A stretch of DNA of 64,000 bases from the human T2T-CHM13v2.0 reference genome, Homo sapiens. Numbering within the stretch: position 1 is the first letter of the stretch; every line of letters starts with the position of its first letter. Where the stretch lies: NCBI RefSeq assembly GCF_009914755.1, contig NC_060925.1. One strand, 5' to 3'. Of this stretch, positions 36,351 through 48,503 are shown piece by piece. Under the pieces are notes generated by a model that was given only the letters and a program-made list of their open reading frames with translations, did no database searches and was not told where the DNA came from. Made by a program: the position numbers and the translations under genes.

Positions 36351-39300
36351 ACCAGGGAGAGGGCCCATGGATGAACTGAAGGGTGCTTCTTAATCATTCC
36401 TAGAATTAGAAGAAATATTTAGGGTTTTGCTAAGAGGTTAATGGGGGACCCTTAAGCTGGGATTCCCTGAGGTGTCCAAGTCAAGGGCAGCAGGGATGGG
36501 AGGGGAGCTGTTTCCTTTCCTCTTTCTTCACCTTGGTCCTAGTTCATGACTCTATCCTTCCCAATTTGGGTTTTCCTCCTACAACCGGAAATAAATCTGG
36601 ATGTCCTACTCCTGGCCATAGTGGGAGCAAAGCCATAAATTTCAGAGTCATCTTGTAGCCAGAGGGTCCTCAGAGGTCCCTATCCAACCTTGTGGACTTC
36701 GGCCCTCATTGTCATGAGAAGGCAAAGCCAGAGTAGGACAGTCAAGAGGTGGGAAAAGGCAGCTGGGGTCTTCCGCGGATCAGAGATACCCACTGTCCTA
36801 AGGTCGTGGAGCCAGGCCCACCCTACCCTGACTACCCCAGGCCACAGAGCACTGTGGACACTGCTCATTCTGGCTATTACCTCACTTGTTGCACCTGTTC
36901 TGCCTGGAAGGTTTAGGTCTCTAATGAACCAAGCTAGACGCTGGGCACACAATGGGTGTACAATAGCCATGTATGGGAAATGCCCTTGTCATCGCAGGAG
37001 GAAAATGTTGGAAGGAGCTTCAAAGTCCATGTAATTCAACCCCCGCCAGGCTGAGGTTCTCCCTGCTTCTGATCTGACTCTGGGCCCAGGTGCTGATGGC
37101 ACCATTAGACAAGATCACTGGCTGTCTTGGATGCTGGCAGGGCTGCTTGAACCAACACAGTGAATCAAGTGGTCCACAGTCACAGTGCTGGTTGGTGCCG
37201 AGTTCCATCTAGACCCAGGTCTCAAGACTCTGGGGGCCTTTCCCACTCCATGTGGAGGCAGAATGGAACCTAGATGGAACCTGGCAGCCTTGGGTTTGAC
37301 TGTGGGCTCTGCCACTTGCCAGCTGTGGGCTCTTGGGCAAGTTCCTCAACCTTCTGAGCCCTGGTTTCTGCAACCGTGAAGTAATACCTACCTCGTGGGG
37401 ATGCGGGAGGACTTGATGAGGTGACACAAGTAGAGGGGCAGCAGAGTGTGCCTGGCAGAGAACAGACCCCTGTCCCCATGTGAGTCACTCTATTGAGCAG
37501 CCCAGGGGCTCTGCCACGCACCATGCTGGGTGTGGAGGAAGAGATGCTAAGATGATGCTTTTGGTGAAATGGTTTTACCTTTCTCAGGAGAAGGCACCAG
37601 GGAGCCCCCCATAGGCCTGCCTCTCCTCTGCCCCCGCCACGGGGGTGCAGGGAGGAGTCAGGATCGGAGGTGACTTTGCGGGTCCAGGAGTGGACACTGG
37701 ATGGGCAGCCCTGAGTGCTGTCCGGGTCCCTCTGTGACTTCCCCTCTCCAGGCCTGTCTCCTCCTCTGTGAAAGGGGAAGGTGGGGCACACGGCTGCAGG
37801 CACAGCCTGAACACCACTTCCCTGTTGAGGGCCAGGGCCTCAGCTTGTCAGGCAGAGCCACAGCTTCTCACAGTCATCCCAGACCCCACCAAAGCCTGAC
37901 AGGCCTGGAATGAAGAGGAAAGGCAAGTGAGAGGTAAAGTGATGGGTGTCGGGAAGAGGCGGAACCTCCGATAAAAGGGCATCCACCAACAACCCTGCCT
38001 GCCTCATTTGGCTTTGATCAACCGCTCTGTCCCTGCCCCTGCCGCTGGCAGACCTGAGGCCATCTCTGTCCCCTGAGGCGATCGGTGCAAGGGCCTGGAC
38101 ATGGCACAGCCATCCGCTGGCCTCTGGGAACCATCTGAGAAGAGGAAATGGGACCCCCAGCCACCACAGGGCCACCCACAGGCCTCCCCAGCCCCACCTA
38201 CTGACGCATTCCTTAGCCAGTTTCCAGAGGCCTGAGCTGCTGCCACGACGTCTGACACAAGAGACGAGACACACACGGCAGACAGAGACAGACAGGAAGG
38301 CAGGAGGGGCTCCCCAGGCCCTGGTGTAGCCGGGTGGTAGGGTCGGGAGGGCTGCCTGGGGCAGGCCTGGAGGTGGCCCAATGGGGAGGCACACAGCCCC
38401 GGAGACAAGGGGCCTGTGTTGTCTGAGCTGATGGCTGACGGGGCCCAGCACTCCACAAAGACACCTGGCCCCAGAAACAGACAGGAGCTCCAGCGCCCTG
38501 CTCTCCCTTCACCCCCATACTGCAGAGAGAGTTAACAGGGAGACTTCCCTGCTTCCATTGCCACCATCCCAACCTGGCCTTCCCTCTATTAGTCAAACAG
38601 TTTCAGATTCCACCATTTCCCATCTGCTCCCTTCGTTGGTTCTGGAAGGTTCTAGTCTTCTAGAAGCCCCTGTGAACAGTTGAGGAAGAGCTCAGGGCAC
38701 TGCTTGATCACTGGTTGAGAGCACGGCCTCACAGCCCTGGCCTTCAGGACAGCAGGGGCAGCCTTACCTCGGGGGATGCTCTACACCCCTGGAAATGGGG
38801 AGGGCCTACAGCCCCTCTGTTCAGATTACGCCCTCTGGACCCTCCAAAGCCCTCCAGGGCCCTGGCTCTGTGCTGGCTCAGAGAGACCCAGGAAGGGACT
38901 GCAGACAGGCTCAGTGTGGCTTCCAATGAAGGCATCTCCTAGAAAGTACGGGCTCCTGCTAGGGACCCAAGGCAAAGGGAATTGAGTGGGCCCCCTGTGG
39001 GAAACTGCTTGGGCTGGAAACTTCCAGTCTCACGCGGCAGAGTGATGGTTTCCTGAGGCGATGGGCAGCCCAGGCTGCGTGTGGGGCACAGGTGTGCTCT
39101 GCTTGGCCCTGGGCTGGCAGTGTGGTCCCCTGGACACAGGCCACTCCAAGTGCAGCTTTTTGCCACCCACTCCAGGGAAGGGAGGGAACTAACTGCTCAC
39201 AGAAAGGAAGATGATGGGGTGATGCCCTGGAGCTCGGGGCCCGTGTTCTAGTTACAGCTCCAGCATTAACAGTTATTCTGTTTTCTGGGATCACTTTCTT

Positions 39301-40967
39301 CACCTTCAAGGGGACTTGGGTGATAAGTTTTCCGCTTTTAGAGTTGAAGACCGTCCATTGAATTGTCAGTCAGTTATCCCCGTCTTGCTCTTCCATAAAA
39401 TCTCGACTGGCTGCAGAAGGCCAGAGGAAGTGCGGTTGGAGGGCGTGTCAGGGACAGCCCATGTCCAGGGCGACGCATGCTGGGCAGGGCTGCAGGGATG
39501 GAAGACACCTTCGAAGCACCCATGGGGTGGGTGGGGAGTCCTGGGCCAATGTGCCCTCTCTGGGCAACCTTTGGGACATTGTTTATGAGACACCAAGAGA
39601 GAAGAGGATGGGGGAAAGGCAGTGGGAGGGCAGGCACCTCTGTTTAAACCAAAACCTTGACAGGAAAATTTGAGCTCAACTTGCAGATGATGGCGAGGGG
39701 ACAGAGGAGGGCAGGGGTTCAGTTAATGGGGTGAGGAGACCAGAAATGGGAACACAGTCAGAGAAGAGGCCACTCTCCCAGGGGATGTGATAAACTGGCC
39801 CCTGACCTGGTATAGAGAGAACGGAAGGGGCCAAGCAGCAAGAGCACGGAGGAAGTGAAGAAGGGTAGGGACCCTGCTGGGCCCCCTCCAGAGCAGCTGC
39901 CCAGCCTCGCTTGCTGGGAGCAACTTTGCCAACAGAAGAAAGGTCAACAGGTGGCACAGCTGAAGGATGCCCTTGAGTTTCACCCCCTGAGAAACCGTGG
40001 GGCTCCCAGAAGCCCCCAACTTGCTCAAAGGAGAAGACAGGACCCTGATGTCCAAACCCTGACCCAGGAATCTATCAAGCTCCAGAGGCTGAAGACACTG
40101 GGGTGCCGAGAGCCCTGGGTCTCCCTCCAAGGCGCTTCAGTCTGCAGTGAGCAAGCTGCCAGGACCTTCCCTGCCTATCCTGCAGTAGGAGAGTGCAATC
40201 CAAGAATCTCATGGACTCAGCTCCTTTGTCCACACCAGGGGCCTGGCCTGGGTGGCTGTGGCAGGCCAGGCCATGCCCATCACCCATCACAGCTCTCTGG
40301 GATGCATGCCTTTCACAGCAGGCCCCTCCTTTCACCAGTGACTGCCAGAGCCTATCCTGACCCTGATGTGGGGTGTGGCTGGGGCAGGGGTGACAGGGCT
40401 GTCAGTCTGGGAGTGGGGGGCTGGCCCTGTGCTGAGAGGTGCAGAGAAGCTGGGTGGAGCAGGGGCATGGTGGGAGTGGAGAGGTGGGTGGAGGTCGGCG
40501 CGCTCTGGCAGGAGAAGAGAGCATGCGAGTGTGTTAAGCAGCTGGGAGTGGAATGGATTTCCAAATGCAAGAGTGGCAGTGACGAGCATGGATGCTGGAG
40601 TGTCTCAGATCAGTGGATAAACGGCTCAGGAGACATGCAGAAGGGAGGGGAGATGAGAGAAGATGCAAAACCATGAACGGTGAGCAAGAGTGCCGCACCA
40701 GGCTGGGCAGGCCAGGGCCGGGTGGCCACAGGTGCAGGGGCTGTGTGTGTGTTCCAGGAGGATGGCTGGGGGCAGCCATGGGGAGCCACAGGCCAGTCTG
40801 GAGCCAGCTGCTCTGCCACTGGGCACCAAGCTGGGTGGGAACCCAGGAAATGGGGCTGCTCCAGGCCCCCTGCAAAGAGGTCTGGGCACCTGAACTCTGT
40901 GCTGGGACTCCCAGAGGGGAGCTCCCTGCAGCGGGCAGGGGCAGTGCCCCAGCTGACTCTCTCTTAC

Positions 40968-41143
40968 CTTTGGTTTTAAAAGCAAAGTGACAGTGCTTGC
41001 ACACATAGGGCCGGACGTCAGTGTGGGTGCGGATGTGTTTCTTCAGCATGCTGGGCTTCTTGCAGCGAATTCCACACTCCTCACAAACATATTTCCCTCG
41101 GCCGCGGCCTCGCACATATACATACTCTTCGTTTGATTTGTAC
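40968..41143 (-). CDS. HIVEP3: HIVEP3 exon encoding the C-terminal C2H2 zinc-finger pair
   Basis: Acceptor TTGCTCATAG|G, donor AAAG|GTAAGA; 176 nt, phase 2 to 1; [59 protein letters not shown], the Schnurri/ZAS signature. Confidence 0.98.
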
Positions 41144-42454
41144 CTATGAGCAACAGGCGTCATAGTAAAGGGAAAAAAAAGGAGAAGAGGCAGGTTCCCA
41201 CCTCAGAAGACGCACGCGCTTCCTAGATTCATCCAGCCCGTTACAGACGCAAGGAATGGAGGCCACGGAACCAGAGAGGACCACGAGAGTGGGAGGAACT
41301 GAGTCACCCTGGTGATCCACTGCGGACCCCTGCGCCCCTCCCCCTCAGACGGGGGGTTGCACTATTCTTCCTCCTCCAGAGCAGCAGACACTGGCGCTTC
41401 CCACTGAGGGGATGTGGAGCTGCAGGGTGCCAGACAGCCTCCTTGGCACAGCCAGCCCAGCTACAGCTTCGCCCACAAAGAACAGCCACCGCAGGCCACC
41501 AGAGTCCCAGAGAGGGAATGATGATAATAAAACAGCAGCAGCAGCTCGGGCAGCCGCCATTCACCAAGTGCTCACTCTGCCAGGCACTTTACCCAAATCA
41601 AAGCACAACCACCTCACCATGGAGAGCCTGTGAGACCCCGAGATTTAGAGACAGTGAGAGACTTGTCCAAGATCCCATAGCCAGAAGGGGCCAGAATCAG
41701 GCTTTGAACCTGCCTGCCCCAAAGCCTGTCCAGTCTGCCAGGAAGCCGCCTTGATATTCATGGGAGGAGAAGGAACAGGGACCACCATTGCTTCCCTGGC
41801 TTCAGAGTTTGGAATGAGGAGTCCTGAGCTCTCCCCCTCACCTGCACGTCAGCCTGCAAGCTCTGCAGGATGCAGGGTCCCAGCCACCTGCCACATCGCT
41901 TGGGGTTCTATCTGGAAGTGCCACCAGCTTTCAGAAGCTGCGCCTGAAGCACGAATCAGAATGCTCTTATTTCCACTTAGAAGGAAACCCACGAGTCCCA
42001 CATGCGCAACAGGATCACGATGAAGCTGTCTTGTTGGTCTAATGCTATACATGTGCAAGTCTCAGATGCGGTGGGGAGGGTGGCAGGGGGCGCGCCAGGA
42101 GAGGGGACCCTGGCATAATTCCAGGAGAAGAGCCTTCTGACTCCTGAAGCCTGAGAGGCCACTGGCACGGCACGTGGAGGAGGCGTGGCTTCTCAACCTG
42201 TGGGGCGCACCTTCCAACGCCAGCCAGAGTTGCCCTCACATACTCACGCCGCACCACCTGCCCCTGCCTGGTTCCAGCACAGAGGGGCAGGAGGTGGCTG
42301 GGAGGAGGTGAGCAAGGGACAGCGTGTCGGGGCGGGGGGGCTCCACCCTGCTCCAATGGGGCCATCAGCTTACAGCTGAAAGGACTTGGGAAGGAAGGGC
42401 TTGGAAGAGGGGACTTGAGGGAGAGAGCCCGCTGGCAGCAACAGAACCACCACC

Positions 42455-45400
42455 ACCACACCCCCACCCTCACACTCGCCCTCACACATGCTCACACCCA
42501 CACACTCACCCTCACACGCTCACCCTCACACACACTCACCCTCACACGCTCACCCTCATACTAAAACATGCTCACACCCCACACTCACCCTCACACTCAC
42601 CCTCACACGCTCGCCCTCACACTCACACATGCCCACACCCCCACACTCACCCTCACACTCACCCTCATACGCTCACCCTCACACACATGCTCACACCCCC
42701 ACACTCACCTTCACACTCACCTTCACACTCCACACCCCTGCCGTCACACTTGCCCTCACACATGCTTACACCCCCACACTCACCCTCACCCTCACACACC
42801 CTCACACATACACCCCCACTCACACCCTTACACCTGCTCCCACCCCCACCTTCACCCTCACACACACCCTCACACACCCTACACACACACCCTCACACCC
42901 CCACACTCACACTCCCCCTCATACCTGCTCGCACCCCCACACTCACCCTCACGCACACTCACCCTCACACACACCCTCACACACTCACCCTAAAACGTGC
43001 TCACATCCCCACACTCACCCTCACACTCACCCTAACACACACCCTCACACGCTCACCCTCACACATACACCCCCCCACACTCCCTCACACCCGTTCACAC
43101 ACTCACCCTAACACGCTCACACACAGCCTCACAAGCTCACTCTCACACTAAAACATGCTCACATCTCCACACACACCCTCACATGCTCACCCTCACACAT
43201 GCTCACACCCCACTCATCCTCACACTCACCACACTCCACACCCCTGCACTCACACTCGCTTACACCCCCACACTCACCCCCCACCCTCACACACCCTCTT
43301 CCTCACACACACCCTCACATGCTCATCCTCACACACACCCACACACCCACTCACCCTCACACACCCTCTTCCTCACACACACCCTCACACACCCTCACAT
43401 GCTCATCCTCTCACACACCCACACACCCACTCACCTTCACTCCCACTCCCACACATGCTCACCCTCACACACTCACCCTCACACACTCACCTCACACACA
43501 CACACCCTCACATGCTCACCCTCACACACCCTCACATACACCCTCACACCCTCACACTTCACACCCCTGCACTCACACACACATCCCACCTTCACACTCA
43601 CCTTCACACTCCACACCCCTGCACTCACACTCGCACTCACACTCCACACCCTGCCCTCACACTCACCTTCACTCACACTCCACACCCCACCCTCACCCTC
43701 ACACCCCTGTCCTCACACTCACCTTCATACTCACACACCACCCTCACACACACTCACACACCCCCGCCCTCACATGCTCACCCTCACGTATACACCCCCA
43801 CACCCTCACACTCTTTCACACTCCACACTCAAGCACTCACACTCATTCGCACACTCTACTCCCCACCCTCACACTCGCACTCCACATCCCCACCCTCACA
43901 CACCCGTTCTCACACATTCACACATCCCACCCTCATGCTCACCCTCACACACCCCCACCCTCACATGCTCACCCTCACACATGCACCCTACACCCTCGCA
44001 TTCACCTTCACACTCCACACTCCTGCACTCACACTCGTTCTCACACTCTACACCCTACCCTCCCACTCACCTTCACATTCACAATCCACTTCCCCACCCT
44101 CACCCTCACACCCCTGTCGTCACACATTCACACTCACACCCCACCCTCATGCTCACCCTCACACACACACCCCTGCCCTCACATGGTCACCCTCACACAT
44201 GCACCCCACACCCTTGCATTCACCTTCACACTCCACACTCCCGCACTCACACTCCACACCCCGCCCTCACACTCACCTTCACATTCACACTCCACACCCC
44301 CATCCTCACTTACCTTCACACTCATACCCTTGCCCTCACACCTTCACACTCACACCCCACCCTCACACCCTTACCCTCACCTTCATACTCCACACCCCTA
44401 CACTCACACTTGCCCTCACACTCCACATCCCCACCCTCACCTTCACACACCCCTGCCCTCACACCTTCACACTCCACCCTCACACCCTCACACACTCACC
44501 CTCACACCCCTCCACCCTCACACACCCTCACATACACCCCCACACTCACCCTCACACTCACCTTCACACTCCACACCCCCACACTCACACTCGCCCTCAC
44601 ACTCCACACCCCGCCCTTACACTCACCTTCACACAGTCCACACGCCCACCCTCACCTTCACACACCCTTGCCCTCACACCCTCAGACTCACATCCCACCC
44701 TCACACACACCCCACCCTCACCTTCACACACTCCACACCCCCACCCTCACTCACCTTCACACTCACACCCCTGCCCTCACATTCACCCTCAGACTCACAC
44801 CCCACCCTCACACACCCCACCCTCACACACCCCACCCTCACACACCCCACCCTCACACACCCTCACACTCACACCCCACCCTCACACTCACCTTCACACA
44901 CTCCACACCCCCATCCTCACCTTCACACTCACACCCCTGCCCTCACGTTCACCCTCAGACTCACAGCCCACCCTCACACTCATCCTCACACACCCTCACA
45001 TACCCCATCCTCACACTCACCTTCACACACTCCACACCCCCACCCTCACACTCACCTTCACACTCCACACCTTGCCTTCACACTTTCACACACCCCTGCC
45101 CTTACACTCACCTTCACACACTCCACACTTCCACCCTCACACCTTCACTCCACACCCCGCCCTCACACCTTCGCACACCCCCGCCCTCACACTCACCTTC
45201 ATGCTCACATTCCACACCCCCACCCTCACACTCACCTTCACACTTCACATCCCTGCCCTCACACTCACACCACTGACCTCACACTCTCCCTCACACATGC
45301 TCACACCCCCACCCTCACCCTCACACTCACACACATCCTCACCCCACACCCTCACACATGCTCACACCCCCACACGCCCTCACACAACTCACCCTCACAC

Positions 45401-46326
45401 ACACCCTCACCCTCACATGCTCACACCCCACCCTCACACTCACATGCTTACACCCATACACTCACACCCTCACCCTCACACATGCTCACACCCCCACTCA
45501 CACTTACCTTCACACTCACACATGCTCACACCCCCCACTGACACACCCTCACCATCACACATGCTCACACCTCCCCACACCCTCACATTCACACATGCTG
45601 ACACCCCCACACTCACACGCTCACCCTCACATGCTCACCCTCCACACACATGCTCATACCCCACACCCTCACACACACCCTCACACATGCTCACACCCCA
45701 CACCCTCACACTCCCCCCAAACTCACACCCCATACTCACATACTCCACACCCCATCCTCACACTTATGCTGACACCCCTACCCTCACACACCCGACTCTC
45801 CTCCCCCCACACCCCACCCTCACACATACGTCCCCACCTTCATACACATACATACACTCACATCACTCACCCCACACCCCCCACACCCTCACACACCCCA
45901 CACTCACGCCCCTACACACTCCCACAACCACACTTGCATCTCCACTTGAATACTCATATACCCCATATTTACACATACACACGCCACCCTCACAACCATC
46001 CACACACACCCCCAGACTCACTTCCACATCCCCACACACTCATACACACACATAACCCCACAATCACACACCCCACACACCCCCACATTCACAGTCACCC
46101 CCACAGTCACACTTACATCCTCACACTCCCACTGATGCATACTCCCACAATCAAACCCACACACCAACACCCCCCACCACACGGACATGCACCCCCCACC
46201 CTAACACGCTCACAGTCACACACGCTCACACCCATGCACACACACCACACACTTAGACTCATTTGCACACTCAGACCACACTCACGCTCATACACTCTCC
46301 TGGCACACTCACCCTCACCTCACACA
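42455..46326. repeat. ~3.9-kb C/A-rich low-complexity array (CACACTCACCCT-like units)
   Basis: Almost G-free + strand built from CACACTCACCCT, CACATGCTCAC, CACTCCACACCC variants. Confidence 0.97.
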
Positions 46327-47266
46327 TGGACTGCTGTCCACCAGTACAGGTGGACCCTGTTTTTTTGTCACCTCAGATTTGGCCAACTGATGCCGCCAAG
46401 GAGTCTAAAACTGCCCCTTCTCCACCATGGCTGCCCTGACCAGCCAGTTTTGGCCGTGTCCCCAGTGGGGGTCACCTTTCCACGGGATCCAGGACACGCG
46501 CCACCTTGCGTCCGAGAGGACGAACTGAAGGCCGTGGCGGCGGTACGCAGAAATGACTCGGTTCTCTTAGGAAGGGCACTCTGTGGCCAAGCACGAGGCA
46601 TCTGCCTCGATGTGACAGCGGCTCACCCTCACGTAGCAGATCTCCAAGACCAAAACCAGTTGCTCACACCTGGATCTTAATTCCCATGTCCCTCCATGCC
46701 CCTGGGACCTGGTGGCCAGGGAAGATGGCTGAGATGGGGCCCCCTTTCCCAGCTAGAAGAAGACAGAGTGAGGACAGCTTGGTCTCCCCTTTGCACTGGA
46801 AGCCCCGCAACCTCCTGGACACTAGCCTTCACCTGGCCTTGCTTGTCGGGTCCATGGCACTTGCTCCCCTCCCGCCACCACCTGCAATGGTGTCCTTCAG
46901 CCTAATGGTGTCCTTCAGCCTAGCCTTCACCCTGCTGATCCCCACACAGGCCCACAGCCACTCTGACGTCTACTGGGCCTGTGTGCCAGCCAACCTAGAA
47001 GCAGGTGCCAGGGTCCATCTGCCCCAGCTGCTCTCCGACCCCTTCATTTCCTCCTCCACATCAAGCTTAAATGGTACATGGTCTTTCCAAATGGAGAGAG
47101 AGAGATAGGAAGGGGAGGGAGAGAGAGGACTCTGAGCCTTCAAGGTTGGTGCCTTGACTTGGGGCGGGGTGTACACAACCACGTGCAGCACCTTGTCACA
47201 TCAGGGAGGGAGTGTAGCCTGCTGGGGAACACGAGGGAGGAGCCTGGGTTGGGTGAGGCCAGGGAT

Positions 47267-48503
47267 GACAGGAGAGATGGAGGACAGGAGAGATGGAGAA
47301 TGGGAGAGAAGGGAGGACAGGAGCGAAGGGAGGACAGGAGAGATGGAGGATGGGAGAGAAGGGAGGACAGGAGCAAAGGGAGGACAGGAGAGATGGAGGA
47401 CAGGAGAGAAGGGAGGACAGGAGCGAAGGGAGGACAGGAGAGATGGAGGACTGGAGAGATAGAGGACAGGAGAGAAGGGAGAACAGGAGAGATGGAGGAC
47501 AGGGGAGATGGAGGACAGGAGAGATGGAGGACAGGGGAGATGGAGGACAGGAGAGATGGAGGACAGGGGAGATTGAGGACATGAGACATAGAGGACAGGG
47601 GAGATGGAGGACAGGAGAGATGGAAGACAGGGGCGATAGAGGACAGGGGAGATGGAGGACAGGAGAGATGGAGGACAGGGGAGATGGAAGACAGGGGAGA
47701 TGGAGGACATGAGAGATAGAGGACAGGGGAGATGGAGGACAGGAGAGATGGAAGACAGGGGCGATAGAGGACAGGGGAGATGGAGGACAGGAGAGATGGA
47801 GGACAGGGGAGACGGAGGACATGAGAGATAGAGGACAGGGGAGATGGAGGACAGGAGAGATGGAAGACAGGGGCGATAGAGGACAGGAGAGATGGAGGAC
47901 AGGGGAGATGGAGGACAGGAGAGATGGAAGACAGGGGAGACGGAGGACAGGAGAGATGGAGGACAGGGGAGATGGAGGACAGGAGAGATGGAAGACGGGA
48001 GATGGAAGACGGGAGATGGAGGACAGGAGAGATGGAGGACAGGGGAGATGGAGGACAGGGGAGATGGAGGACATGAGAGGTAGAGGACAGGGGAGATGGA
48101 GGACAGGAGAAATGGAAGACAGGGGCGATAGAGGACAGGAGAGATGGAGGACAGGGGAGATGGAGGACAGGAGAGATGGAAGACAGGGGAGATAGAGGAC
48201 AGGAGAGATGGAGGACAGGGGAGATGGAGGACAGGAGAGATGGAAGACGGGAGAGAGAGGACAGGAGAGATGGAGGACAGGGGAGATGGAGGCAGGAGAG
48301 ATGGAAGACATGAGAGATAGAGGACAGGGGAGATGGAGGACAAGAGAGATGAAGGACGGGGAGATGGAGGACAGGAGAGATGGAGGACAGGGGAGATGGA
48401 GGACAGGAGAGAAGGGAGGACAGGGGAGATAGAGGACAGGAGAGATGGAGCACAGGAGAGAAGGGAGGACAGAAGAGATGGAGGACAGGAGAGAAGGGAG
48501 GAC
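47267..48503. repeat. 16-bp minisatellite (GATGGAGGACAGGRGA)n, roughly 75-80 copies
   Basis: Tandem GATGGAGGACAGGAGA/GATGGAGGACAGGGGA; 16-aa periodicity of translated ORFs equals three units. Confidence 0.97.

Noticed and set aside
39855-40676. 273-aa + strand ORF
   Set aside because: Non-ATG start, no homology I can recognise, intronic antisense GC-rich sequence.
43155-46055. 966-aa His/Thr/Pro-rich ORF and parallel 697/780-aa ORFs
   Set aside because: The G-poor repeat can barely form stop codons, so all three frames are open; not a mucin or histidine-rich gene.
46886-46921. 18-bp tandem duplication AATGGTGTCCTTCAGCCT x2
   Set aside because: Ordinary slippage duplication with no evident function.
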